A model generated the notes under the pieces. It had not been told where the DNA came from. It searched no databases and worked only from the letters and a program-made list of their open reading frames with translations. 64,000 nucleotides of DNA from Eledone cirrhosa (taxonomy: Eukaryota), in the NCBI GenBank assembly GCA_964016885.1, contig OZ024740.1:421352001-421416000 (forward strand), read 5' to 3'. Within the stretch, counting starts at the first letter, position 1. The number at the start of each line of letters is the position of its first letter. The translations under genes and the position numbers were made by a program. Shown here one piece after another: positions 47,101 to 61,330 of the stretch.

Positions 47101-50100
47101 ATAAATCTCACCTATTACAATACTACATATCTCACCTGTCACAATACTATATATCTCACCTGTCACAATACTATATATCTCACCTGTCACAATATTATAT
47201 ATCTCACCTGTCACAATACTATATATCTCACCTGTCACAATATTATATATCTCACCTGTCACAATATTACATAGCTCACCTGTCACAATACTATATATCT
47301 CACCTGTCACAATACTATATATCTCACCTGTTACAATACTACATATCTCACCTGTCACAATACTACATATCTCACATGTCACAATACTATATATCTCACC
47401 TGTCACAATACTACATATCTCACCTGTCACAATATTACATATTTCACCTGTCACAATACTATATATCTCACCTGTCACTATACTACATATCTCACCTGTT
47501 ATAATACTACATATCTCACCGGTCACAATACTACATATCTCACCTGTCACAATATTACATATCTCACCTGTCACAATACTACATATCTCACCTCTCACAA
47601 TATTACATATCTGACCTGTCACAATACTATATATCTCACCTGTCACAATACTATATATCTCACCTGTCACAATATTACATATCTCACCTGTCACAATACT
47701 ATATATCTCATCTGTCACAACATTATATATCTCACCTGTCACAATACTACATATCTCACCTGTCACAATACTATATATCTCACCTGTCACTATACTACAT
47801 ATCTCACCTGTCACAATACTACATATCTCACCGGTCACAAAACTACATATCTCACCTGTCACAATACTACATATCTCACGTCTCACAATATTACATATCA
47901 CCTGTCACAATACTATATATCTCACCTGTCACAATATTACATATCTCACCTGTCACAATACTATATATCTCACCTGTCACAATATTACATAGCTCACCTG
48001 TCACAATACTATATATCTCACCTGTCACAATACTATATATCTCACCTGTCACAATACTATATATCTAACCTGTCACGATACTATATATCTCACCTGTCAC
48101 GATACTACATATCTCACCTGTTACAATACTATATATCTCACCTGTTACAATACTATATATCTCACCTGTCACAATACTATATATCTCACCTGTTACAATA
48201 CTACATATCTCACCTGTCACAATACTATATATCTCACCTGTCACAATACTACATATTTCACCTTTCACAATACTATATGTCTCACCTGTCACAATATTAT
48301 ATATCTCACCTGTCACAATACTATATATCTCACCTGTCACAATACTATATATCTCACCTGTCACAATACTATATATCTCACCTGTCACAATACTACATAT
48401 CTCACCTGTCACAATATTACATATCTCACCTGTTACAATACTATATATCTCACCTGTCACAATATTACATATCTCACCTGTCACAATATTATATATCTCA
48501 CCTGTCACAATACTACATATCTCACCTGTCACAATACTATATATCTCACCTGTCACAACATTATATATCTCACCTGTCACAATACTACACACCTCACCTG
48601 TCAAAATATTACATATCTCACCTGTGACAATATTACACATCTCACCTGTCACTATATTACATATCTCAGCTGTCCCAATATTACATATCTCACCTGTCAC
48701 AATACTACATACCTCACTTGTCACAATACTCCATCTCTCACCTGTCACAATACTACATATCTCACCTGTCACAATATTACATATCTCACCTGTCACAATA
48801 CTACATATCTCATCTGTCACAATACTACATATCTCACCTGTCACAATACTATATATCTCACTTGTCACAACATTATATATCTCAGCTGTCACAATACTAC
48901 ATATCTTACCTGTCACAACATTATATATCTCACCTGTCACAATACTCCATATCTCACCTGTCAAAATACTATATATCTCACCTGTCACAATACTATATAT
49001 CTCACCTGTCACAATACTACATATCTCTCCTGTCACAATACTACATATCTTTCCTGTCACTACTATATATCTCACTTGTCACAATACTGCATATCTCACC
49101 TGTCACAATACTCCATCTCTCACCTGTCACAATACTACATATCTCACCTGTTACAATACTACATATCTCACCTGTCACAATATTACATATCTCACCTGTT
49201 ACAATACTATATATCTCACCTGTCACAATACTACATAGCTCACCTGTCACAATACTATATATCACACCTGTCACAATACTATATATCTCACCTGTCACAA
49301 TACTACATATCTCACCTGTCACAATACTACATATCTCACCTGTCACAATACTATATATCTCACCTGTCACAATACTACATATCTCACCTGTCACAATATT
49401 ACATATCTCACCTGTCACAATACTACATATCTCACCTGTCACAATACTACATATCTCACCTGTCACAATATTATATATCTCACCTGACATAATACTACAT
49501 ATCTCACCTGTCACAATACTACATATCTCACCTGTCACAACACTATATATCTCACCGGTCCCAATACTACATATCTCACCTGTCACAATATTACATATCT
49601 CACCTGTCACAATACTACATATCTCACCTGTTACAATACTATATATCTCACCTGTCACAATACTATATATCTTACCTGTTACAATACTACATATCTCACC
49701 TGTCACAATACTATATATCTCACTTGTCACAATACTATATATCTCACCTGTCACAATACTATATATCTCACCTGTCACAATACTATATATCTCATCTGTC
49801 ACAATACTATATATCTCACCTGTCACAATACTACATATCTCACCTGTCACAATATTATATATCTCACCTGTCACAATATTACATATCTCACCTGTCACAA
49901 TACTACATATCTCACCTGTTACAATACTATATATCTCACCTGTAACAATACTATATATCTCACCTGTTACAATACTACATATCTCACCTGTCACAATACT
50001 ACATATCTCACCTGTCACAATATTATATATCTCACCTGTCACAATACTATATATCTCACCTGTCACAATACTATATATCTCACCTGTGACAATACTATAT

Positions 50101-51939
50101 ATCTCACCTGTCACAATATTATATATCTCACCTGTCACAATACTATATATCTCACCTGTCACAATACTATATATCTCACCTGTTACAATACTACATATCT
50201 CACCTGTCACAATACTACATATCTCACCTGTCACAATACTATATATCTCACCTGTCACAATACTACATATCTCGCCTGTCACAATACTATATATATCACC
50301 TGTCACAATACTATATATCTCACCTGTTACAATACTACATATCTCACCTGTCACAATACTACATATCTCACATGTCACAATACTATATATCTCACCTGTC
50401 ACAATACTACATATCTCACCTGTCACAATACTACATATTTCACCTGTCACAATACTATATATCTCACCTGTCACAATATTATATATCTCACCTGTCACTA
50501 TACTACATATCTCACCGGTCACAATACTACATATCTCATCTCTCACAATACTACATATCTCACCTGTCACAATATTACATATCTCACCTGTCACAATACT
50601 ACATATCTCACCTCTCACAATATTACATATCTCACCTGTCACAATACTATATATCTCACCTGTCACAATATTACATATCTCACCTGTCACAATACTATAT
50701 ATCTCACCTGTCACAATACTACATATCTCACCTGTCACAATATTATATATCTCATCTGTCACAACATTATATATCTCACCTGTCACAATACTACATATCT
50801 CACCTGTCACAATACTATATATCTCACCTGTCACAATACTATATATCTCACCTGTCACTATACTACATATCTCACCTGTCACAAAACTACATATCTCACC
50901 TGTCACAATACTACATATCTCACCTCTCACAATATTACATATCACCTGTCACAATACTATATATCTCACCTGTCACAATATTACATATCTCACCTGTCAC
51001 AATACTACATATCTCACCTGTCACAATATTATATATCTCATCTGTCACAACATTATATATCTCACCTGTCACAATACTATATATCTCACCTGTCACAATA
51101 CTATATATCTCACCTGTCACTATACTACATATCTCACCTGTCACAAAACTACATATCTCACCTGTCACAATACTACATATCTCACCTCTCACAATATTAC
51201 ATATCACCTGTCACAATACTATATATCTCACCTGTCACAATATTACATATCTCACCTGTCACAATACTATATATCTCACCTGTCACAATATTACATAGCT
51301 CACCTGTCACAATACTATATATCTCACCTGTCACAATACTATATATCTCACCTGTCACAATACTATATATCTCACCTGTCACAATACTATATATCTCACT
51401 TGTCACAATACTATATATCTAACCTGTCACAATACTATATATCTCACCTGTCACAATACTACATATCTCACCTGTTACAATACTATATATCTCACCTGTT
51501 GCAATACTATATATCTCACCTGTCACAATACTATATATCTCACCTGTTACAATACTACATATCTCACCTGTCACAATACTATATATCTCACCTGTCACAA
51601 TACTACATATTTCACCTTTCACAATACTATATGTCTCACCTGTCACAATATTATATATCTCACCTGTCACAATACTATATATCTCACCTGTCACAATACT
51701 ATATATCTCACCTGTCACAATACTACATATCTCACCTGTCACAATATTACATATCTCACCTGTTACAATACTATATATCTCACCTGTCACAATATTACAT
51801 ATCTCAACTGTCACAATACTATATATCTCACCTGTCACAATACTACATATCTCACCTGTCACAATATTATATATCTCACCTGTCACAATACTACATATCT
51901 CACCTGTCACAATACTACATATCTCACCTCTGACAATAC

Positions 51940-52700
51940 TATATATCTCACTTGTCACAACATTATATATCTCACCTGTCACAATACTATATATCTGACC
52001 TGTCACAATACTACACACCTCACCTGTCACAATATTACATATCTCACCTGTGACAATATTACACATCTCACCTGTCACTATATTACATATCTCACCTGTC
52101 ACAATATTACATATCTCACCTGTCACAATACTACATACCTCACTTGTCACAATACTCCATCTCTCACCTGTCACAATACTACATATCTCAGCTGTCACAT
52201 TACTACATATCTCACCTGTCACAATATTACATATCTCACCTGTCACAATACTACATATCTCATCTGTCACAATACTACATATCTCACCTCTGACAATACT
52301 ATATATCTCACTTGTCACAACATTATATATCTCACCTGTCACAATACTACATATCTTACCTGTCACAATACTATATATCTCACCTGTCACAATACTATAT
52401 ATCTCACCTGTCGCAACATTATATATCTCACCTGTCACAATACTATATATCTGACCTGTCACAATACTACACACCTCACCTGTCACAATATTACATATCT
52501 CACCTGTGACAATATTACACATCTCACCTGTCACTATATTACATATCTCACCTGTCACAATATTACATATCTCACCTGTCACAATACTACATACCTCACT
52601 TGTCACAATACTCCATCTCTCACCTGTCACAATACTACATATCTCAGCTGTCACAATACTACATATCTCACCTGTCACAATATTACATATCTCACCTGTC
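51940..52700. repeat. 456-bp (19-monomer) period duplication of the CTGACC-CACACC-GTGACA-CTCCATCTC cassette
   Basis: ORF starts 52050/52506. The same pairing occurs at 60461/60917, at 59333/59789 and (432 bp) at 57081/57513. Confidence 0.85.
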
Positions 52701-55700
52701 GCAATACTACATATCTCCCCTGTCAAAATACTATATATCTCACCTGTCACAATACTATATATCTCACCTGTCACAATACTACATATCTCACCTGTCACAA
52801 TACTACATATCTTACCTGTCACTACTATATATCTCACCTGTCACAATACTGCATATCTCACCTGTCACAATACTCCATCTCTCACCTGTCACAATACTAC
52901 ATATCTCACCTGTTACAATACTACACATCTCACCTGTCACAATATTACATATCTCACCTGTTACAATACTATATATCTCACCTGTCACAATACTACATAT
53001 CTCACCTGTCACAATACTATATATCTCACCTGTCACAATACTATATATCACATCTGTCACAATACTACATATCTCACCTGTCACAATACTACATATCTCA
53101 CCTGTCACAATACTATATATCTCACCTGTCACAATACTACATATCTCACCTGTCACAATATTACATATCTCACCTGTCACAATATTACATATCTCACCTG
53201 TCACAATACTACATATCTCACCTGTTACAATACTATATATCTTACCTGTCACAATACTATATATCTTACCTGTTACAATACTACATATCTCACCTGTCAC
53301 AATACTACATATCTCACTTGTCACAATACTATATATCTCACCTGTCACAATACTATATATCTCACCTGTCACAATACTATATATCTCACCTGTCACAATA
53401 CTATATATCTCACTTGTCACAATACTATATATCTCACCTCTCACAATACTATATATCTCACCTGTCACAATACTACATATCTCACCTGTTACAATATTAT
53501 ATATCTCACTTGTTACAATACTATATATCTCACCTGTCACAATACTATATATCTCACCCGTTACAATACTACATATCTCACCTGGCACAATACTACATAT
53601 CTCACCTGTCACAATACTATATATCTCACCTGTCACAATACTACATATTTCACCTTTCACAATACTATATATCTCACCTGTCACAATATTATATATCTCA
53701 CCTGTCACAATACTATATATCTCACCTGTCACAACACTATATATCTCACCTGTCACAATACTATATATCTCACCTGTCACAATACTATATATCTCACCTG
53801 TCACAATACTACATATCTCACCTGTCACAATATTACATATCTCACCTGTTACAATACTACATATCTCACCTGTCACAATATTACATATCTCACCTGTCAC
53901 AATATTACATATCTCACCTGTTACAATACTATTTATCTCACCTGTCACAATACTATATATCTCACCTGTCACAATACTACATATCTCACCTGTCACAATA
54001 CTACATATCTCACCTATCACAATATTATATATCTCACCTGTCACAATATTACATATCTCACCTGTCACAATACTACATATCTCACCTGTCACAATATTAT
54101 ATATTTCACATGTCACAATACTACATATCTCACCTGTCACAATACTATATATCTCACCTGTCACAACATTATATATCTCACCTGTCACAATACTATATAT
54201 CTGACCTGTCACAATACTACACACCTCACCTGTCACAATATTACATATCTCACCTGTGACAATATTACACATCTCACCTGTCACAATATTACATATCTCA
54301 CCTGTCACAATACTACATACCTCACTTGTCACAATACTCCATCTCTCACCTGTCACAATACTACATATCTCAGCTATCACAATACTACATATCTCACCTG
54401 TCACAATATTACATATCTCACCTGTCACAATACTACATATCTCATCTGTCACAATACTACATATCTCACCTGTCACAATACTATATATCTCACTTGTCAC
54501 AACATTATATATCTCACCTGTCACAATACTACATATCTTACCTGTCACAATACTATATATCTCACCTGTCACAATACTATATATCTCACCTGTCACAACA
54601 TTATATATCTCACCTGTCACAATACTACATATCTCACCTGTCACAATACTATATATCTCACCTGTCACAATACTATATATCTCACCTGTCACAATACTAC
54701 ATATCTCACCTGTCACAATACTACATATCCACCTGTCACAATATTACATATCTCACCTGTCACAATACTACATATCTCACCTGTTACAATACTACATATC
54801 TCACTTGTCACAATATTACATATCTCACCTGTCACAATATTACATATCTCACCTGTTACAATACTATATATCTCACCTGTCACTACTATTTATCTCACCT
54901 GTCACAATACTACATATCTCACCTGTCACAATACTACATATCTCACCTGTCACAATATTACATATCTCACCTGTCACAATATTACATATCTTACCTGTTA
55001 CAATACTATATATCTCACCTGTCACAATACTACATATCTCACCTGTCACAATACTACATATCTCACCTGTCACAATACTATATATCTCACCTGTCACAAT
55101 ACTACATATCTCACCTGTCACAATATTACATATCTCACCTGTCACAATACTACATATCTCACCTGTCACAATATTATATATCTCACCTGACATAATACTA
55201 CATATCTCACCTGTCACAATACTACATATCTCACCTGTCACAACACTATATATCTCACTGGTCCCAATACTACATATCTCACCTGTCACAATATTACATA
55301 TCTCACCTGTCACAATATTACATATCTCACCTGTCACAATACTACATATCTCACCTGTTACAATACTACAGATCTCACCTGTCACAATACTATATATCTC
55401 ACCTGTTACAATACTACATATCTCACCTGTCACAATACTACATATCTCACTTGTCACAATACTATATATCTCACCTGTCACAATACTATATATCTCACCT
55501 GTCACAATATTATATATCTCACCTGTCACAATACTATATATCTCACCTGTCACAATACTATATATATCACCTGTCACAATACTATATATCTCACCTGTTA
55601 CAATACTACATATCTCACCTGTCACAATACTACATATCTCACATGTCACAATACTATATATCTCACCTGTCACAATACTACATATCTCACCTGTCACAAT

Positions 55701-58700
55701 ACTACATATTTCACCTGTCACAATACTATATATCTCACCTGTCACAATATTATATATCTCACCTGTCACTATACTACATATCTCACCGGTCACAATACTA
55801 CATATCTCCTCTCTCACAATACTACATATCTCACCTGTCACAATATTACATATCTCACCTGTCACAATACTACATATCTCACCTCTCACAATATTACATA
55901 TCTCACCTGTCACAATACTATATATCTCACCTGTTACAATACTACATATCTCACCTGTCACAATACTATATATCTCACCTGTCACAACATTATATATCTC
56001 ACCTGTCACAATACTACATATCTCACCTGTCACAATACTATATATCTCACCTGTCACAATACTATATATCTCACCTGTCACTATACTACATATCTCACCT
56101 GTCACAAAACTACATATCTCACCTGTCACAATACTACATATCTCACCTCTCACAATATTACATATCACCTGTCACAATACTATATATCTCACCTGTCACA
56201 ATATTACATATCTCACCTGTCACAATACTATATATCTCACCTGTCACAATATTACATAGCTCACCTGTCACAATACTATATATCTCACCTGTCACAATAC
56301 TATATATCTCACCTGTCACAATACTATATATCTCACCTGTCACAATACTATATATCTCACTTGTCACAATACTATATATCTAACCTGTCACAATACTATA
56401 TATGTCACCTGTCACAATACTACATATCTCACCTGTTACAATACTATATATCTCACCTGTTGCAATACTATATATCTCACCTGTCACAATACTATATATC
56501 TCATCTGTTACAATACTACATATCTCACCTGTCACAATACTATATATCTCACCTGTCACAATATTACATATTTCACCTTTCACAATACTATATGTCTCAC
56601 CTGTCACAATATTATATATCTCACCTGTCACAATACTATATATCTCACCTGTCACAATACTATATATCTCACCTGTCACAATACTACATATCTCACCTGT
56701 CACAATATTACATATCTCACCTGTTACAATACTATATATCTCACCTGTCACAATATTACATATCTCACCTGTCACAATACTATATATCTCACCTGTCACA
56801 ATACTACATATCTCACCTGTCACAATATTATATATCTCACCTGTCACAATACTACATATCTCACCTGTCACAATACTATATATCTCACCTGTCACAACAT
56901 TATAAATCTCACCTGTCACAATACTATATATCTGACCTGTCACAATACTACACACCTCACCTGTCACAATATTACATATCTCACCTGTGACAATATTACA
57001 CATCTCACCTGTCACTATATTACATATCTCACCTGTCACAATATTACATATCTCACCTGTCACAATACTACATACCTCACTTGTCACAATACTCCATCTC
57101 TCACCTGTCACAATACTACATATCTCAGCTGTCACAATACTACATATCTCACCTGTCACAATATTACATATCTCACCTGTCACAATACTACATATCTCAC
57201 CTGTCACAATACTACATATCTCATCTGTCACAATACTACATATCTCACCTCTCACAATACTATATATCTCACTTGTCACAACATTATATATCTCACCTGT
57301 CACAATACTACATATCTTACCTGTCACAATACTATATATCTCACCTGTCACAATACTATATATCTCACCTGTCACAATACTACACACCTCACCTGTCACA
57401 ATATTACATATCTCACCTGTGACAATATTACACATCTCACCTGTCACTATATTACATATCTCACCTGTCACAATATTACATATCTCACCTGTCACAATAC
57501 TACATACCTCACTTGTCACAATACTCCATCTCTCACCTGTCACAATACTACATATCTCAGCTGTCACAATACTACATATCTCACCTGTCACAATATTACA
57601 TATCTCACCTGTCACAATACTACATATCTCACCTGTCAAAATACTATATATCTCACCTGTCACAATACTATATATCTCACCTGTCACAATACTACATATC
57701 TCACCTGTCACAATACTACATATCTTACCTGTCACTACTATATATCTCACCTGTCACAATACTGCATATCTCACCTGTCACAATACTCCATCTCTCACCT
57801 GTCACAATACTACATATCTCACCTGTTACAATACTACACATCTCACCTGTCACAATATTACATATCTCACCTGTTACAATACTATATATCTCACCTGTCA
57901 AAATACTACATATCTCACCTGTCACAATACTATATATCTCACCTGTCACAATACTATATATCACATCTGTCACAATACTACATATCTCACCTGTCACAAT
58001 ACTACATATCTCACCTCTCACAATACTATATATCTCACCTGTCACAATACTACATATCTCACCTGTCACAATATTACATATCTCACCTGTCACAATATTA
58101 CATATCTCACCTGTCACAATACTACATATCTCACCTGTTACAATACTATATATCTCACCTGTCACAATACTATATATCTTACCTGTTACAATACTACATA
58201 TCTCACTTGTCACAATACTATATATCTCACCTGTCACAATACTATATATCTCACCTGTCACAATACTATATATCTCACCTGTCACAATACTATATATCTC
58301 ACTTGTCACAATACTATATATCTCACCTCTCACAATACTATATATCTCACCTGTCACAATACTACATATCTCACCTGTTACAATATTATATATCTCACTT
58401 GTTACAATACTATATATCTCACCTGTCACAATACTATATATCTCACCCGTTACAATACTACATGTCTCACCTGTCACAATACTACATATCTCACCTGTCA
58501 CAATACTATATATCTCACCTGTCACAATACTACATATTTCATCTTTCACAATACTATATATCTCACCTGTCACAATATTATATATCTCACCTGTCACAAT
58601 ACTATATATCTCACCTGTCACAACACTATATATCTCACCTGTCACAATACTATATATCTCACCTGTCACAATACTATATATCTCACCTGTCACAATACTA

Positions 58701-58950
58701 CATATCTCACCTGTCACAATATTACATATCTCACCTGTTACAATACTACATATCTCACCTGTCACAATATTACATATCTCACCTGTCACAATATTACATA
58801 TCTCACCTGTTACAATACTATTTATCTCACCTGTCACAATACTATATATCTCACCTGTCACAATACTACATATCTCACCTGTCACAATACTACATATCTC
58901 ACCTATCACAATATTATATATCTCACCTGTAACAATATTACATATCTCAC

Positions 58951-61330
58951 CTGTCAATACTATATATCTCACCTGTCACAATACTATATATCTCACCTGT
59001 CACAATATTACATATCTCACCTGTCACAATACTATATATCTCACCTGTCACAATACTACATATCTCACCTGTCACAATATTATATATCTCACCTGTCACA
59101 ATACTACATATCTCACCTGTCACAATACTATATATCTCACCTGTCACAACATTATAAATCTCACCTGTCACAATACTATATATCTGACCTGTCACAATAC
59201 TACACACCTCACCTGTGACAATATTACATATCTCACCTGTGACAATATTACACATCTCACCTGTCACTATATTACATATCTCACCTGTCACAATATTACA
59301 TATCTCACCTGTCACAATACTACATACCTCACTTGTCACAATACTCCATCTCTCACCTGTCACAATACTACATATCTCAGCTGTCACAATACTACATATC
59401 TCACCTGTCACAATATTACATATCTCACCTGTCACAATACTACATATCTCACCTGTCACAATACTACATATCTCATCTGTCACAATACTACATATCTCAC
59501 CTCTCACAATACTATGTATCTCACTTGTCACAACATTATATATCTCACCTGTCACAATACTACATGTCTTACCTGTCACAATACTATATATCTCACCTGT
59601 CACAATACTATATATCTCACCTGTCACAATACTATATATCTGACATGTCACAATACTACACACCTCACCTGTCACAATATTACATATCTCACCTGTGACA
59701 ATATTACACATCTCACCTGTCACTATATTACATATCTCACCTGTCACAATATTACATATCTCACCTGTCACAATACTACATACCTCACTTGTCACAATAC
59801 TCCATCTCTCACCTGTCACAATACTACATATCTCAGCTGTCACACTACTACATATCTCACCTGTCACAATATTACATATCTCACCTGTCACAATACTACA
59901 TATCTCACCTGTCAAAATACTATATATCTCACCTGTCACAATACTATATATCTCACCTGTCACAATACTACATATCTCACCTGTCACAATACTACATATC
60001 TTACATGTCACTACTATATATCTCACCTGTCACAATACTGCATATCTCACCTGTCACAATACTCCATCTCTCACCTGTCACAATATTACATATCTCACCT
60101 GTTACAATACTACATATCTCACCTGTCACAATATTATATATCTCACCTGTCACAATATTACATATCTCACCTGTCACAATACTATATATCTCACCTGTCA
60201 CAATACTATATATCTCACCTGTCACAATATTACATATCTCACCTGTCACAATACTATATATCTCACCTGTTACAATACTACATATCTCACCTGTCACAAT
60301 ATTATATATCTCACCTGTCACAATACTACATATCTCACCTGTCACAATACTATATATCTCACCTGTCACAACATTATAAATCTCACCTGTCACAATACTA
60401 TATATCTGACCTGTCACAATACTACACACCTCACCTGTCACAATATTACATATCTCACCTGTGACAATATTACACATCTCACCTGTCACTATATTACATA
60501 TCTCACCTGTCACAATATTACATATCTCACCTGTCACAATACTACATACCTCACTTGTCACAATACTCCATCTCTCACCTGTCACAATACTACATATCTC
60601 AGCTGTCACAATACTACATATCTCACCTGTCACAATATTACATATCTCACCTGTCACAATACTACATATCTCACCTGTCACAATACTACATATCTCATCT
60701 GTCACAATACTACATATCTCACCTCTCACAATACTATATATCTCACTTGTCACAACATTATATATCTCACCTGTCACAATACTACATATCTTACCTGTCA
60801 CAATACTATATATCTCACCTGTCACAATAATATATATCTCACCTGTCACAATACTATATATCTGACCTGTCACAATACTACACACCTCACCTGTCACAAT
60901 ATTACATATCTCACCTGTGACAATATTACACATCTCACCTGTCACTATATTACATATCTCACCTGTCACAATATTACATATCTCACCTGTCACAATACTA
61001 CATACCTCACTTGTCACAATACTCCATCTCTCACCTGTCACAATACTACATATCTCAGCTGTCACAATACTACATATCTCACCTGTCACAATATTACATA
61101 TCTCACCTGTCACAATACTACATATCTCACCTGTCAAAATACTATATATCTCACCTGTCACAATACTATATATCTCACCTGTCACAATACTACATATCTC
61201 ACCTGTCACAATACTACATATCTTACCTGTCACTACTATATATCTCACCTGTCACAATACTGCATATCTCACCTGTCACAATACTCCATCTCTCACCTGT
61301 CACAATACTACATATCTCACCTGTTACAAT
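58951..61330. repeat. 1222-bp (51 monomers minus 2 bp) tandem duplication
   Basis: ATTATAAATC at 59151 and 60373. ORF pairs 59333/60555, 59695/60917 and 60001/61223 are all +1222. Confidence 0.87.
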
